Source: an uncultured Bacilli bacterium
GTDB taxonomy: Bacteria; Bacillota_I; Bacilli_A; ML615J-28; CAG-313
Direction: 5' to 3'
Length of the DNA stretch: 64,000 bases
Assembly: GCA_947591495.1 (NCBI GenBank)
Contig: CANQDG010000005.1
Location: 3,387 to 67,386 of the forward strand
This document shows positions 37,346 through 46,748 of this stretch, in pieces. The translations under genes were made by a program, and so were the position numbers. The notes beneath the pieces are model-generated. The model saw only the letters and a program-made list of their open reading frames with translations, made no database searches and was not told where the DNA came from. How positions within the stretch are numbered: the stretch's first letter is position 1; each line of letters starts with the position of its first letter.

Positions 37346-38371
37346 ATGAAAATTAAATATAGTATACAAAAATTAAATAATGGTGATAGTAATTATTCTA
37401 TTTTTTTAAGCCATAGTAATGCGGATGATAGTTGGCATGAAATAGAAGAAGTACTAAAATTAAATGATATTAATGTTGTATCAGATGTGGAAATTGAACC
37501 TGGTAATCCCGATTTTTCTCAATGTATAAAAAATATGATAAAAAATAATGAAATTGTTGTATCAATCATTCATAATAAAAAACTTACTTCATGGATGGTT
37601 TATGAATTAGGGATTGCTGCAGGGTTAGGGAAAAAAATTATAATGTATAGCAAAGAATATGTTGATGAAAATGATAATCATCTTTTTGGTCAATATGGAC
37701 CAGTTATTACAGATTTAAAGGTTCTAGTTCATGAAATTAAAAATGGTTTTTTCTTTGCGGACTTATTCCAGTATGAAACTAATAATTTAAGTAAAAAACA
37801 CTTCCTTGCAGATTGCATGACTAACATTAATATTTGTAAACTATCGTTTAAAATACCAGGAATTGAAGATATTCCAAGACAGGTTTATAAGTTTGGTTAT
37901 ATTTTATTATCGGTTTCGCGCTATGAAAAAATGGGCAATAATAATCGTTCAACTGATATATGTAATATGACAGCCGAAGAAATTATTGATTGTAAATGTA
38001 ATATTGATAATGAAATTTGTAGCCTTTATTCTAAACAAGTATTTAATAGCCCCACGGATGTTATTCTCAATAAAATATTATATAATTGTAATGTTGATTT
38101 ATTTAATCAAACCATTTATTTTGCAATACCTTATAATGCTAAACGAGGAGTAACTTTTAAATGCTTTGTGGATGTTGAAAATATGGATTATGTTCAAAAT
38201 ATTATGACAACTTTAGAAAAGGCAGGCTTACAAGATATTGGTGTTTCCCATTCCGTTTTAGGCAATCGTATTTATTTTATTTTACCTCAAAGTGTTATGC
38301 AAGGCTTATTTATAGTTGAAGCTCCTGATGGATTCATTAATAATTATCTTTGTAAGGGAGCTATCTTATGA
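37346..38371 (+). CDS. ThsB/TIR-like N-terminal domain protein with an unknown C-terminal domain (paralogue B, 341 aa)
   Basis: YSIFLSHSNADD (TIR betaA-type) and IVVSIIHNKKLTSWMVYELGIAAGLGKKIIMY (W-x-x-Y-E-L...G-K-K-I-I). The C-terminal domain resembles that of paralogue A (IYFAIPYNAKRGVTFKCFVDV versus VDFILPNHEILGVAFKPYMEI). Confidence 0.65.
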   Translation: MKIKYSIQKLNNGDSNYSIFLSHSNADDSWHEIEEVLKLNDINVVSDVEIEPGNPDFSQCIKNMIKNNEIVVSIIHNKKLTSWMVYELGIAAGLGKKIIMYSKEYVDENDNHLFGQYGPVITDLKVLVHEIKNGFFFADLFQYETNNLSKKHFLADCMTNINICKLSFKIPGIEDIPRQVYKFGYILLSVSRYEKMGNNNRSTDICNMTAEEIIDCKCNIDNEICSLYSKQVFNSPTDVILNKILYNCNVDLFNQTIYFAIPYNAKRGVTFKCFVDVENMDYVQNIMTTLEKAGLQDIGVSHSVLGNRIYFILPQSVMQGLFIVEAPDGFINNYLCKGAIL

Positions 38372-40278
38372 GAAATTTATTAAGAACTCCAACTTTAATG
38401 AAGGTTAAATTAACAAGTTGGGCACAAAATTATTTAGATACTATGCTAGAAGGATTAACTGGTAATTTACCAAAGTTATTTTATCCTTTTAATACTAATT
38501 GTTGGTTAAATAAAAGTTTCCAAGATGGAGGTCTAGAAGGCTGGTGGCCTTATGAACAAGTTGCTTATTGGTTAGATGGATATCTAAAATGTGCTTATTT
38601 TGCAAATAACGAATATCATTTAAAAAAAGCTAAAGAAATGATTGATAATGCTTTAGAAGTTTGTGATGAAAGTGGTTTTATAGGGGCTCAAGAGTTGAAA
38701 GCCCAAGGTCAAGGAAATCAATGGGTTCATGCCGTTTTTTTCAGAGCTGTTTTATTTTTATATGAAATAACCGAAGATTCTAAATATCTTAATAAAATAA
38801 CTAATCATTATTTAAGTCATACTTCTGATTATGCAAGCTGGCGTGAATCAGTTAATATTGAAAATATGATTATGTGTTATTTATATAATAATGATGAGCG
38901 CTTAAAAAACTTAGCGCTTGATGCCTATCAAAAACATTGTAAAATAGCAACTAATCAAGAAACAAAAATGCAAGATTTTTTATTGTCAAAACCGATTAAA
39001 TTACATGCGGTAACATATAATGAAATGGTCAAAATTCCGGCATTACTTTATGCTGTTACGAATGATAAAAACTATTTAAATGCATCAATTAAAGGCTTAA
39101 AGCGAATTGAAAAAAATCATATGCTTCCAATTGGTATTCATAGTTGTTGTGAAAACTTTGCGGGGCAAGATGCTTTAGCGGGAATTGAAACTTGTGATAT
39201 TAGTGATTATTGTTGGACTCTAGGATATATGGCTCAAATAACCGGTGATGCCAAATATTTAGATAAAATCGAAAAAATTATGTATAATATTGCCCCAGGA
39301 GTAGTTGATCAAGATTTTAAATCATTACAATATTTTTCTGCACCTAATCAAGTTATTAGTACCCATTATAGCAATCACACGCAAAGTTTTACCCAAACCC
39401 CAAGAATGGCTTATCAAGCTAATCATTATCCAGAATGTTGTAGTGGTAATGTTAATCGTAGTATGCCTAATTTTATCTATCGTGCCTTAATGAAAGATGA
39501 TGAGGCATATTATATTAATTTTTATATTCCTGGTCATTATGAAGTAGATAATATAGCATTTGATATTGTTACTAATTATCCCTATGATGAAAAAATTGAA
39601 ATTATTTATCAAGGAACAAATCAAGTTTTAAATTTAAATTTACGAATACCTCATTGGTGTAAAAATTTCACATATCATAGTAATCATCAAGGTAAAATTG
39701 TTAATCATCGTTTAAACCTAAAGGGTTTATTTGAAAAAGGTGAAAAAATAGTTTTAACTATTAAAAGTGAAGTTGAAGTTAAAAAAACTAGTGAAGGCTT
39801 TTTGGTTACCAAAGAACCCCTTATTTTTACGCTTGACATAGAATATCAAAAAACAATTGATTAAACCGAACCACGTCAAACGAAAGATTATCCAGCCTAT
39901 GATATTATTCCCCTTTCTAAGTGGCAAATTGCATTGGATAAAAAAATGTTTGAAAAAACTTACTGTTTACACAAAACTGATGTTAATAATATTTTACAAA
40001 ATGACTATTATCTTTTGGCTAAAGGTTTTTATATGAATGGTGTTGATTTAATTAATGTTGATTCAGCCGATGTCCCTATTTCTGATTATGATCAAGTTGA
40101 ACTAGTGAAGTTAAAAAGAATGGGGCAAATTATTTATGATGGACCAATGAAGTTTACGCCAGCTATTAAGGATTTACATCCAACATCAATCAAAAGTTTA
40201 GATATTAAATTAATTCCCTATGCTAGAGCTACTTTACGATGGACAATCTTTCCTAATGTAAAAAAATTAGCTTTATAA
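38368..40278 (+). pseudogene. GH127/DUF1680-family (beta-L-arabinofuranosidase-like) gene interrupted by one in-frame TAA at 39862-39864
   Basis: Track ORFs 38368-39864 and 39934-40278 share a frame, and the 23 codons between them are open. GH127 signatures GIETCDISD (E-x-C), HYPECCSGN (CC), LRIPHW, LIPY. ATG overlaps the upstream TGA (ATGA). SD AAGGGAG. Confidence 0.8.
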
Positions 40279-40387
40279 TTATCAAATTAAACTGATAAAT
40301 AAAAGATTTTAATAATGATAAAAGAGTGTTTAATTTTTATCAAAAAAAGAAAAAATATGATATACTAATATTTATGAGGAAAAAAAT

Positions 40388-41704
40388 ATGAAACCAACTA
40401 TTACTATTATTGGTGCAGGGCTTGCGGGGAGCGAAGCAACCTATCAACTTGCCAAAAGAGGATATCTTGTAACCTTATATGAAATGCGGCCAACGAAATT
40501 TACTTCAGCACATAAGACAGCTAATTTTGCCGAATTAATTTGTAGCAATTCTTTAAGAGCAGCAGGTATTGAAAATGCGGTAGGCCTTTTAAAAGAAGAA
40601 ATGCGTCAAATGGATTCTTTAATTATTAAGGCAGCGGATGCTACTAAAGTAGAAGCAGGTGGAGCATTAGCTGTTGATCGGGAATTATTTTCCCAATATG
40701 TTACTAATACAATTAAAAATTTACCTAATGTCCATATTATTAATGAAGAAGTAACTAAAATTCCGCAAGGTCCATTAATTATTGCAACCGGTCCGCTTAC
40801 ATCAGAGGCCTTACAACAAGAAATTGCGACCTTATTAGGCGAAAAATATTTATATTTCTTTGATGCGATCGCTCCCATTGTAACAGCTGATTCGCTTAAT
40901 ATGGATAAAATCTTTTTAGCTTCTCGTTATAATAAAGGGGAGGCTGCATATCTTAATTGCCCAATGAATGAAGAAGAATTTAATCGCTTTTATGAATTTT
41001 TAATTAGTGCTGAAAAAGTAACACCGCATGATTTTGAAATGAAAGTCTTTGAAGGATGTATGCCAATTGAAGAAATGGCTTTAAGAGGTAAGAAAACATT
41101 ATTATTTGGACCGATGAAACCAGTAGGTTTAGATAATCCAAGAACAGGTAAAAGACCATATGCCGTTGTTCAATTACGCCAAGATAATTTAATTAAAAGT
41201 TTATATAATTTAGTTGGCTTTCAAACTCATTTAAAATTTCCTGAACAAAAGAAATTGTTATCACTTATTCCTGGCCTTGAACATGCTCAGATTGTGCGCT
41301 ATGGTGTAATGCATAGAAACACTTATATTAATTCAAAAAAGCTTTTAAATAATGGTTATCAACTATTAACAAATCCCGACATCTTTTTTGCGGGGCAAAT
41401 GACAGGCGTTGAAGGATATGTTGAATCGGCTGCAAGTGGCTTGATAGCTGGCATTAATATGGCAAGACATTTAGAAGGAAAACCAAATCTTAATTTAGAT
41501 ACTACAACAGCCATCGGAGCGCTGAGTAATTATATTGCTTATCATGAAGCAAGCGACTACTTAGAGCGGTTTGATCCGATGAATGTTAATTTTGGTCTTT
41601 TTGCTGAACTTTTGGTTAATCCCCCTAAAAAAGAAAAAAAGATAACTTTGGCCAACCGCGCTTTAACTAATTTAAACAAAATATTACAAGAAATAAATGA
41701 ATAA
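40388..41704 (+). CDS. trmFO: Methylenetetrahydrofolate--tRNA-(uracil-5-)-methyltransferase TrmFO
   Basis: FAD-binding N-terminus [39 protein letters not shown]. Confidence 0.95.
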   Translation: MKPTITIIGAGLAGSEATYQLAKRGYLVTLYEMRPTKFTSAHKTANFAELICSNSLRAAGIENAVGLLKEEMRQMDSLIIKAADATKVEAGGALAVDRELFSQYVTNTIKNLPNVHIINEEVTKIPQGPLIIATGPLTSEALQQEIATLLGEKYLYFFDAIAPIVTADSLNMDKIFLASRYNKGEAAYLNCPMNEEEFNRFYEFLISAEKVTPHDFEMKVFEGCMPIEEMALRGKKTLLFGPMKPVGLDNPRTGKRPYAVVQLRQDNLIKSLYNLVGFQTHLKFPEQKKLLSLIPGLEHAQIVRYGVMHRNTYINSKKLLNNGYQLLTNPDIFFAGQMTGVEGYVESAASGLIAGINMARHLEGKPNLNLDTTTAIGALSNYIAYHEASDYLERFDPMNVNFGLFAELLVNPPKKEKKITLANRALTNLNKILQEINE

Positions 41705-41722
41705 ATAAAAGAAGGAATCACA

Positions 41723-42730
41723 ATGGCATTAAAAAAAACAGTCCGTGGTAATCAACGTTCGGTTAATCGACACAATGTCGTTACGAAGGATAATTCTAAA
41801 AGTAAAGAAGATTTAGTTCAAGAGGCTTTAACGAAATATCATAATTATTTAGAAGTAGAAAAAAATTATTCCATTTATACCGTTCAAAATTATTTAAAAG
41901 ATATTGATGAATTTAAAATGTTTCTTACGAAAGAAAATTATGGTGATTTATTAAATATTAAATCGGATAATATTGCAAGATATTATGTATCAAATTTAGT
42001 AACTAGTGGTTATTCAAGAAAAAGTATAGCACGCAAAATTTCAAGTTTACGCGCCTTTTATCGTTATTTAACCGTAGAAAATCTTATTAATAAATCATAT
42101 TTTGATAATGTTGAAACCCCTAAAATTGAAAAAAGATTACCGAAATTTTTGTATCAAAATGAAATAGAAATGATGTTTAATGCAATTGATACATCACAGC
42201 CACTTGGTATGAGAGATTGTGCTTTATTAGAATTATTATATGGATCAGGTTTACGGGTTAGTGAAATATGTTCTATTACAGAAAAAAATTTAGATTTTCC
42301 AAATGAAATGATTAAAGTATTTGGAAAAGGTCATAAAGAAAGATATGTTCCTATGAATATTAGAACTATTGAAGCATTAAAGAAATATATTCATGTAGGA
42401 CGTCCTAGTTTGATTCATAATGTAGAATTAGATCCGCCACTTGAGTTGTTTGTTAATCATCATGGTGGACCATTAACCCCTCGAGGTGTTAGAGTAATAT
42501 TAGATAATATTATTGAAAAAACGGGTGAACTTGGGCATGTTTATCCACATATGATTCGGCATACTTTTGCGACTCATCTTTTAGATGGAGGCGCTGATTT
42601 AAGAAGTGTTCAAGCAATGCTAGGTCATGAGAATTTATCGACCACCCAAATTTACACCCATGTTTCAAAAGAGCAAATAAAAGAAAGCTATATGTTAAAT
42701 CATCCTAGACAAACTAGGAAAAATTCATAA
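41723..42730 (+). CDS. xerC: Tyrosine recombinase XerC (CodV-like)
   Basis: Catalytic residues in context (GLRVSE, HMIRHTFATHLL, LGHENLSTTQIYTH). Sits immediately after trmFO, as in Bacillus. Confidence 0.85.
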   Translation: MALKKTVRGNQRSVNRHNVVTKDNSKSKEDLVQEALTKYHNYLEVEKNYSIYTVQNYLKDIDEFKMFLTKENYGDLLNIKSDNIARYYVSNLVTSGYSRKSIARKISSLRAFYRYLTVENLINKSYFDNVETPKIEKRLPKFLYQNEIEMMFNAIDTSQPLGMRDCALLELLYGSGLRVSEICSITEKNLDFPNEMIKVFGKGHKERYVPMNIRTIEALKKYIHVGRPSLIHNVELDPPLELFVNHHGGPLTPRGVRVILDNIIEKTGELGHVYPHMIRHTFATHLLDGGADLRSVQAMLGHENLSTTQIYTHVSKEQIKESYMLNHPRQTRKNS

Positions 42731-42755
42731 AGTAAAAAATGAGGAGAAGGACTAA

Positions 42756-43229
42756 ATGGTAAAAATATTAAAGGCTACGCTTGAGGATGCTTTGACCTTA
42801 TTGCAAATTCAAAAAGAGGCTTTTTTAGTATATTCAGAAAAATATGGCGATTTTGATAGCAATCCATATCATATGGATTTACATCGAATGGAGTTTAATA
42901 TTAAATATCGTTTTGGACAATATTATAAAATCATTGATGAAGAAAATAACCAAATTGTTGGCGGCATCTTTTGCTTTGAACTTGATGAACAACCAATTAT
43001 GAAAATTGCCCAATTTTATTTTAAGAAAGAATATCAACATTTAGGATATGGCACTTTTGTTTTGAAAGAATTATTTGCTAAAAATCCTGATGTCCATAAA
43101 TGGTATGTAGATACAATTATGCAAGAAGAATATAATGTTCAATTTTATAAACATATGGGCTTTATAGAAATTGATTCCGAAGAAGAACATGAAGGATTAA
43201 CTTTTGTAACATTAATGAAAAATAATTAA
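42756..43229 (+). CDS. GNAT-family N-acetyltransferase
   Basis: 157 aa. Acetyl-CoA binding segment YQHLGYGTFVLKELF. Confidence 0.8.
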   Translation: MVKILKATLEDALTLLQIQKEAFLVYSEKYGDFDSNPYHMDLHRMEFNIKYRFGQYYKIIDEENNQIVGGIFCFELDEQPIMKIAQFYFKKEYQHLGYGTFVLKELFAKNPDVHKWYVDTIMQEEYNVQFYKHMGFIEIDSEEEHEGLTFVTLMKNN

Positions 43230-43239
43230 AAAACAGATG

Positions 43240-43286
43240 ACTTTCTAGATTTTTATAAGCGTAAAAATTTAGAAAGTTTTAATTTT
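43240..43286 (+). terminator. Intrinsic terminator
   Basis: ACTTTCTAGATTTTT / AAAAATTTAGAAAGT (one mismatch) followed by a T-rich tail. Confidence 0.6.
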
Positions 43287-43307
43287 AAAAATAAAAATTT
43301 ATATTAT

Positions 43308-43336
43308 TTGATAAGATAAAAAAAATATGTTATAAT
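43308..43336 (+). promoter_or_regulatory. SigmaA-like promoter of rpsB-tsf
   Basis: TTGATA-17 nt-TATAAT. Confidence 0.6.
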
Positions 43337-43343
43337 AAACAAT

Positions 43344-43428
43344 GGCCTAAGAGGCAAAAATACACATAAGAAAGTAGCAAGCCGTCGCGTTTATTAATGG
43401 CGTGCTTGTGTAGATCTTCTTAGAGGCC
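43344..43428 (+). promoter_or_regulatory. Structured rpsB 5' leader (long irregular hairpin)
   Basis: GGCCT.AAGA...TACACA...AGCAAGCC pairs with GGCGTGCT.TGTGTA...TCTTAGAGGCC. Relatively GC-rich for this window. Confidence 0.4.
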
Positions 43429-43456
43429 AAAACAAAATAAAATGGAGGAAAAAAAT

Positions 43457-44395
43457 ATGGCTGTAATTACAATGAAGCAATTACTAGAAGCTGGCGTTCA
43501 TTTCGGTCATCATACTCGCCGTTGGAACCCTAAAATGAAAGAGTATATTTTTAATGAAAGAAATGGTGTGTACATCATTGACTTACAAAAAACTGCTGAT
43601 AAGATTGAAGAAGCTTATGCAGCAATGGTTGAAATTGTTCGAAACAACAATAAAGTATTATTTGTTGGTACAAGAAAACAAATTCAAGACATAATTAAAG
43701 AAGAAGCTATTCGTGCAGGTCAATATTATGTTGATCAAAGATGGCTTGGCGGAACAATGACTAACTTTAAAACTCTTCGTAAATCAATTGCAAAACTTCA
43801 TAAATACGAAGAAATGGAAGAAAGTGGAACATTTGAATTATTACCAAAAAAAGAAGTAAGTGCTATTAAAAAAGAAATGGCTAAACTTGAATCTTTCTTT
43901 GGTGGTATTAAAGATATGCAACAACTTCCAGGAGCATTATTCGTAGTTGACCCTAAAACAGAACATAATGCGGTTGCCGAAGCACGTAAATTACATATTC
44001 CTGTTTTTGGTCTTGTTGATACAAACTGTGATCCTGATGAAGTAGATTATGTTATTCCAGCTAATGATGATGGTGTTAGAGCCGTTCGTTTAATTGTTGG
44101 TGTAATGGCAAACGCTGTTTTAGAAGGAAATGGTGTTGCGGTAGAACCTTATACCCTTCCTGAAGAAGAAAAACCTGAAGAAGCACCACGCCCTGTTAAG
44201 CAACCAAAAGAACCACGTCCTGAAAAGAAACCTAATAAAAAAGTTCGTGCACCAAAAGAAGAAACAGCTGAAAAAGCCGATGTTGAAACACCTGCTGAAA
44301 GTGCTGAACAAGTAGTAGAAGAAACCCCTGTTGATCCAGTTAGCGAACAACCTGAAGAAATCGCAAAAGAAGCTTCAAAAGAAGAAGCTGAATAA
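43457..44395 (+). CDS. rpsB: 30S ribosomal protein S2 with a ~80-aa acidic/Lys-Pro-rich C-terminal extension
   Basis: [18 protein letters not shown] start, 8 nt after SD GGAGG. The conserved core runs to about VLEGNG, then [27 protein letters not shown]...EEAE. Confidence 0.95.
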   Translation: MAVITMKQLLEAGVHFGHHTRRWNPKMKEYIFNERNGVYIIDLQKTADKIEEAYAAMVEIVRNNNKVLFVGTRKQIQDIIKEEAIRAGQYYVDQRWLGGTMTNFKTLRKSIAKLHKYEEMEESGTFELLPKKEVSAIKKEMAKLESFFGGIKDMQQLPGALFVVDPKTEHNAVAEARKLHIPVFGLVDTNCDPDEVDYVIPANDDGVRAVRLIVGVMANAVLEGNGVAVEPYTLPEEEKPEEAPRPVKQPKEPRPEKKPNKKVRAPKEETAEKADVETPAESAEQVVEETPVDPVSEQPEEIAKEASKEEAE

Positions 44396-44422
44396 TAATT
44401 AATCATAAGGAGAAAATAAAAA

Positions 44423-45319
44423 ATGATTAGTGCATCTTTAGTAAAAGAATTAAGAGAAAAAACGGGTGCTGGTATGATGGATTGCAAAAAAGCCCTTACT
44501 GAATGTAATGGTGATATTAATGCAGCTGCCGACTGGCTTCGTGAAAAAGGTATAGCTAAAGCCGCTAAAAAAGCAACAAGAATTGCGGCTGAAGGTTTAT
44601 GTGATGTTGCTATTAATGGCAATAAAGCATATTTAGTTGAATTAAATTCTGAAACTGACTTTGTGGCAAAAAATGAAAAATTTTTAGAACTACTTCATCA
44701 AGTATGTGAAGCTTGCGTTCAAAATGATACCGCATGTGAAAAATGCACCCTTGCTTCAACTTTAAATGGCACAACTATTGAAGAATTAATTGTTAACGCA
44801 ACTGCTACAATTGGTGAAAAAATTAGTTTACGTCGTGTCTTAAAAGTCGAAAAGAATGATGATGAAGTTTTCGGTGTTTATAAACACAATGGTGGTAAAA
44901 TTGTTGTTTTATCAGTTATTAAAGGAACTGATGCAATGGTTGCCAAAGATGTTTGTATGCATGTTGCAATGTATAATCCACGCTATTTAAATGAATCTGC
45001 TATTGATCCTAAAGATTTAGAACATGAAGCAGAAGTAATTAAAGCTGAAATTGCAAATGATCCTGCTAATGCATCAAAACCTGAAAACATTATTGAAAAA
45101 ATGGTGATGGGTCGTCTTAATAAATTCAAAAAAGAAATTTGTTTAGTTGACCAAGCATTTGTTAAAGATCCTAATGTTACAGTAGGTCAATATTTGAAAA
45201 ATCATAATACTGAAGCTGTTAATTATGCTCGTTTCGAAGTAGGCGAAGGCATGGAAAAACGTAATGATGATTTTGCAGCCGAAGTTGCAGCCGCAGCTGC
45301 AGCCGCTAGCAAACACTAA
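44423..45319 (+). CDS. tsf: Elongation factor Ts
   Basis: UBA-like N-terminus LVKELREKTGAGMMDCKKAL. 298 aa. Confidence 0.95.
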   Translation: MISASLVKELREKTGAGMMDCKKALTECNGDINAAADWLREKGIAKAAKKATRIAAEGLCDVAINGNKAYLVELNSETDFVAKNEKFLELLHQVCEACVQNDTACEKCTLASTLNGTTIEELIVNATATIGEKISLRRVLKVEKNDDEVFGVYKHNGGKIVVLSVIKGTDAMVAKDVCMHVAMYNPRYLNESAIDPKDLEHEAEVIKAEIANDPANASKPENIIEKMVMGRLNKFKKEICLVDQAFVKDPNVTVGQYLKNHNTEAVNYARFEVGEGMEKRNDDFAAEVAAAAAAASKH

Positions 45320-45337
45320 TTACGCTAGGAGGTAATA

Positions 45338-46045
45338 ATGAAACACATAGTACTACTAAAACTTTCTGGTGAAGCATTAGCCAAAAACGATGGTTTTGGT
45401 ATAAAGATGGAAAAAGTCAAAGCAATTGCTGAGGAAATAAAAAAACTAAAAGATACTGGTGTTTCAATGGGAATTGTTACAGGAGCTGGCAATATTTGGC
45501 GAGGTCGTGATGCAGTAGAAATTGGTATGGATCGCATTTCAGCTGATTATATGGGAATGATGGGAACAATCTTAAATTCAATGGCTTTAGCATCTTCGTT
45601 AGAATCAATTGGCGTTAAAGCCCGTGTAGTAAGTTCACTTCCTGTTGGTTCTATTGTTGAGCCTTATAATCAAAAAGAGGCGAAAAAGTGCCTTGAAAAT
45701 GGTGAAATCGTCTTGTTTGCCGGCGGAACGGGAATGCCATTTTTTAGCACCGATACAAATGCAGCACTTCGCGCATGTGAAATGGGAATAGATTTAATTT
45801 TAATGGCTAAGAATGGTACAGATGGCGTATATGATAGTGATCCAAGAAAAAACCCTAAGGCCAAAAAATTTACTCAAATTACTTATGAAGAAATCATAAA
45901 TAATCATTTAGGAGTAATGGATTTAACCGCTGCGAGCCTTTGTGATGAAAACAATTTAAAAGTAATTGTTTTTGATATGGCAGTTAGTGGTAATATAAAA
46001 AATGTTATAGAACATCCAGAAATTGGAACAATTATAACTAAATAA
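45338..46045 (+). CDS. pyrH: UMP kinase
   Basis: LLKLSGEAL, GAGNIWRG, FAGGTGMPFFSTDT. Confidence 0.95.
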   Translation: MKHIVLLKLSGEALAKNDGFGIKMEKVKAIAEEIKKLKDTGVSMGIVTGAGNIWRGRDAVEIGMDRISADYMGMMGTILNSMALASSLESIGVKARVVSSLPVGSIVEPYNQKEAKKCLENGEIVLFAGGTGMPFFSTDTNAALRACEMGIDLILMAKNGTDGVYDSDPRKNPKAKKFTQITYEEIINNHLGVMDLTAASLCDENNLKVIVFDMAVSGNIKNVIEHPEIGTIITK

Positions 46046-46059
46046 TATGGAGGGAAAAT

Positions 46060-46617
46060 ATGCCAAAAGAAGTTATTAATCAATGTCAAGAAAAAATGGA
46101 AAAAACCATTGAGGCAGTTAAAAAAGATTTTAACAAAATTCGGACAGGAAAAGCAAATCCAAGTGTTTTAAACGGATTAATGGTGGAATATTATGGTGTT
46201 CCAACGCCAATTAATAACATTAGTAGTATTTCGGCACCAGAACCACAAATGATTGTCATAAAGCCTTATGACAAATCAATTTTAAAAGGAATTGAAAAAG
46301 TTATTCAAACATCAGATTTAGGTTTTAATCCTCAAAATGATGGTGATATTATTAGAATTCCGGTTCCATCACTAACCGAACAAACAAGAAAAGAACTTGT
46401 CAAAGAAGCTAAAAAACTTGCTGAAGAAAATAAAGTTGCCATTCGTAATATTAGACGTGATGCCATTGAACAACTTAAGAAAATGGAAAAAGATGCAATT
46501 ATTTCTGAAGATGAATTAAAACGTTATATGGATGAAACCCAAAAAGTTACTGATCGTCATATTGAAATGATTGATAAATTATTAAAAGACAAAGAACAAG
46601 ATATTATGGCAATTTAA
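46060..46617 (+). CDS. frr: Ribosome recycling factor
   Basis: 185 aa. IRTGKANPSVLNGLMVEYYG, IRNIRRDA. Confidence 0.95.
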   Translation: MPKEVINQCQEKMEKTIEAVKKDFNKIRTGKANPSVLNGLMVEYYGVPTPINNISSISAPEPQMIVIKPYDKSILKGIEKVIQTSDLGFNPQNDGDIIRIPVPSLTEQTRKELVKEAKKLAEENKVAIRNIRRDAIEQLKKMEKDAIISEDELKRYMDETQKVTDRHIEMIDKLLKDKEQDIMAI

Positions 46618-46627
46618 CAAATCAACC

Positions 46628-46659
46628 AAAACATCTACTTTTAGAAGTAGATGTTTTTT
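46628..46659 (+). terminator. Intrinsic terminator after frr
   Basis: AAAACATCTACTT-TTAG-AAGTAGATGTTTT followed by T. Confidence 0.8.
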
Positions 46660-46748
46660 GATAGAAAACGACATAATTCGTAAAATGCTTGCTAATCCTT
46701 AATATTTTATGCTATACTAAGAATATAATATGTTAAAGGATTGATAAA

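Noticed and set aside
39934-40278. Independent 114-aa ORF
   Set aside because: It has the same frame as 38368-39864 with open codons in between, and it carries the GH127 C-terminal motif (LIPY...). It is treated as the tail of the interrupted GH127 gene.
41723-42730. Tyrosine recombinase as a marker of an integrated mobile element
   Set aside because: It sits directly after trmFO in the conserved Firmicute trmFO-xerC(codV) arrangement. It has no flanking att-like repeats or cargo genes, so it is called as chromosomal XerC.
44120-44622. Long minus-strand ORFs (76 and 157 aa) opposite rpsB/tsf
   Set aside because: They are antisense to highly conserved ribosomal genes and are produced by the GAA/GCT-rich S2 tail composition. 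They have no SD and low-complexity translations.
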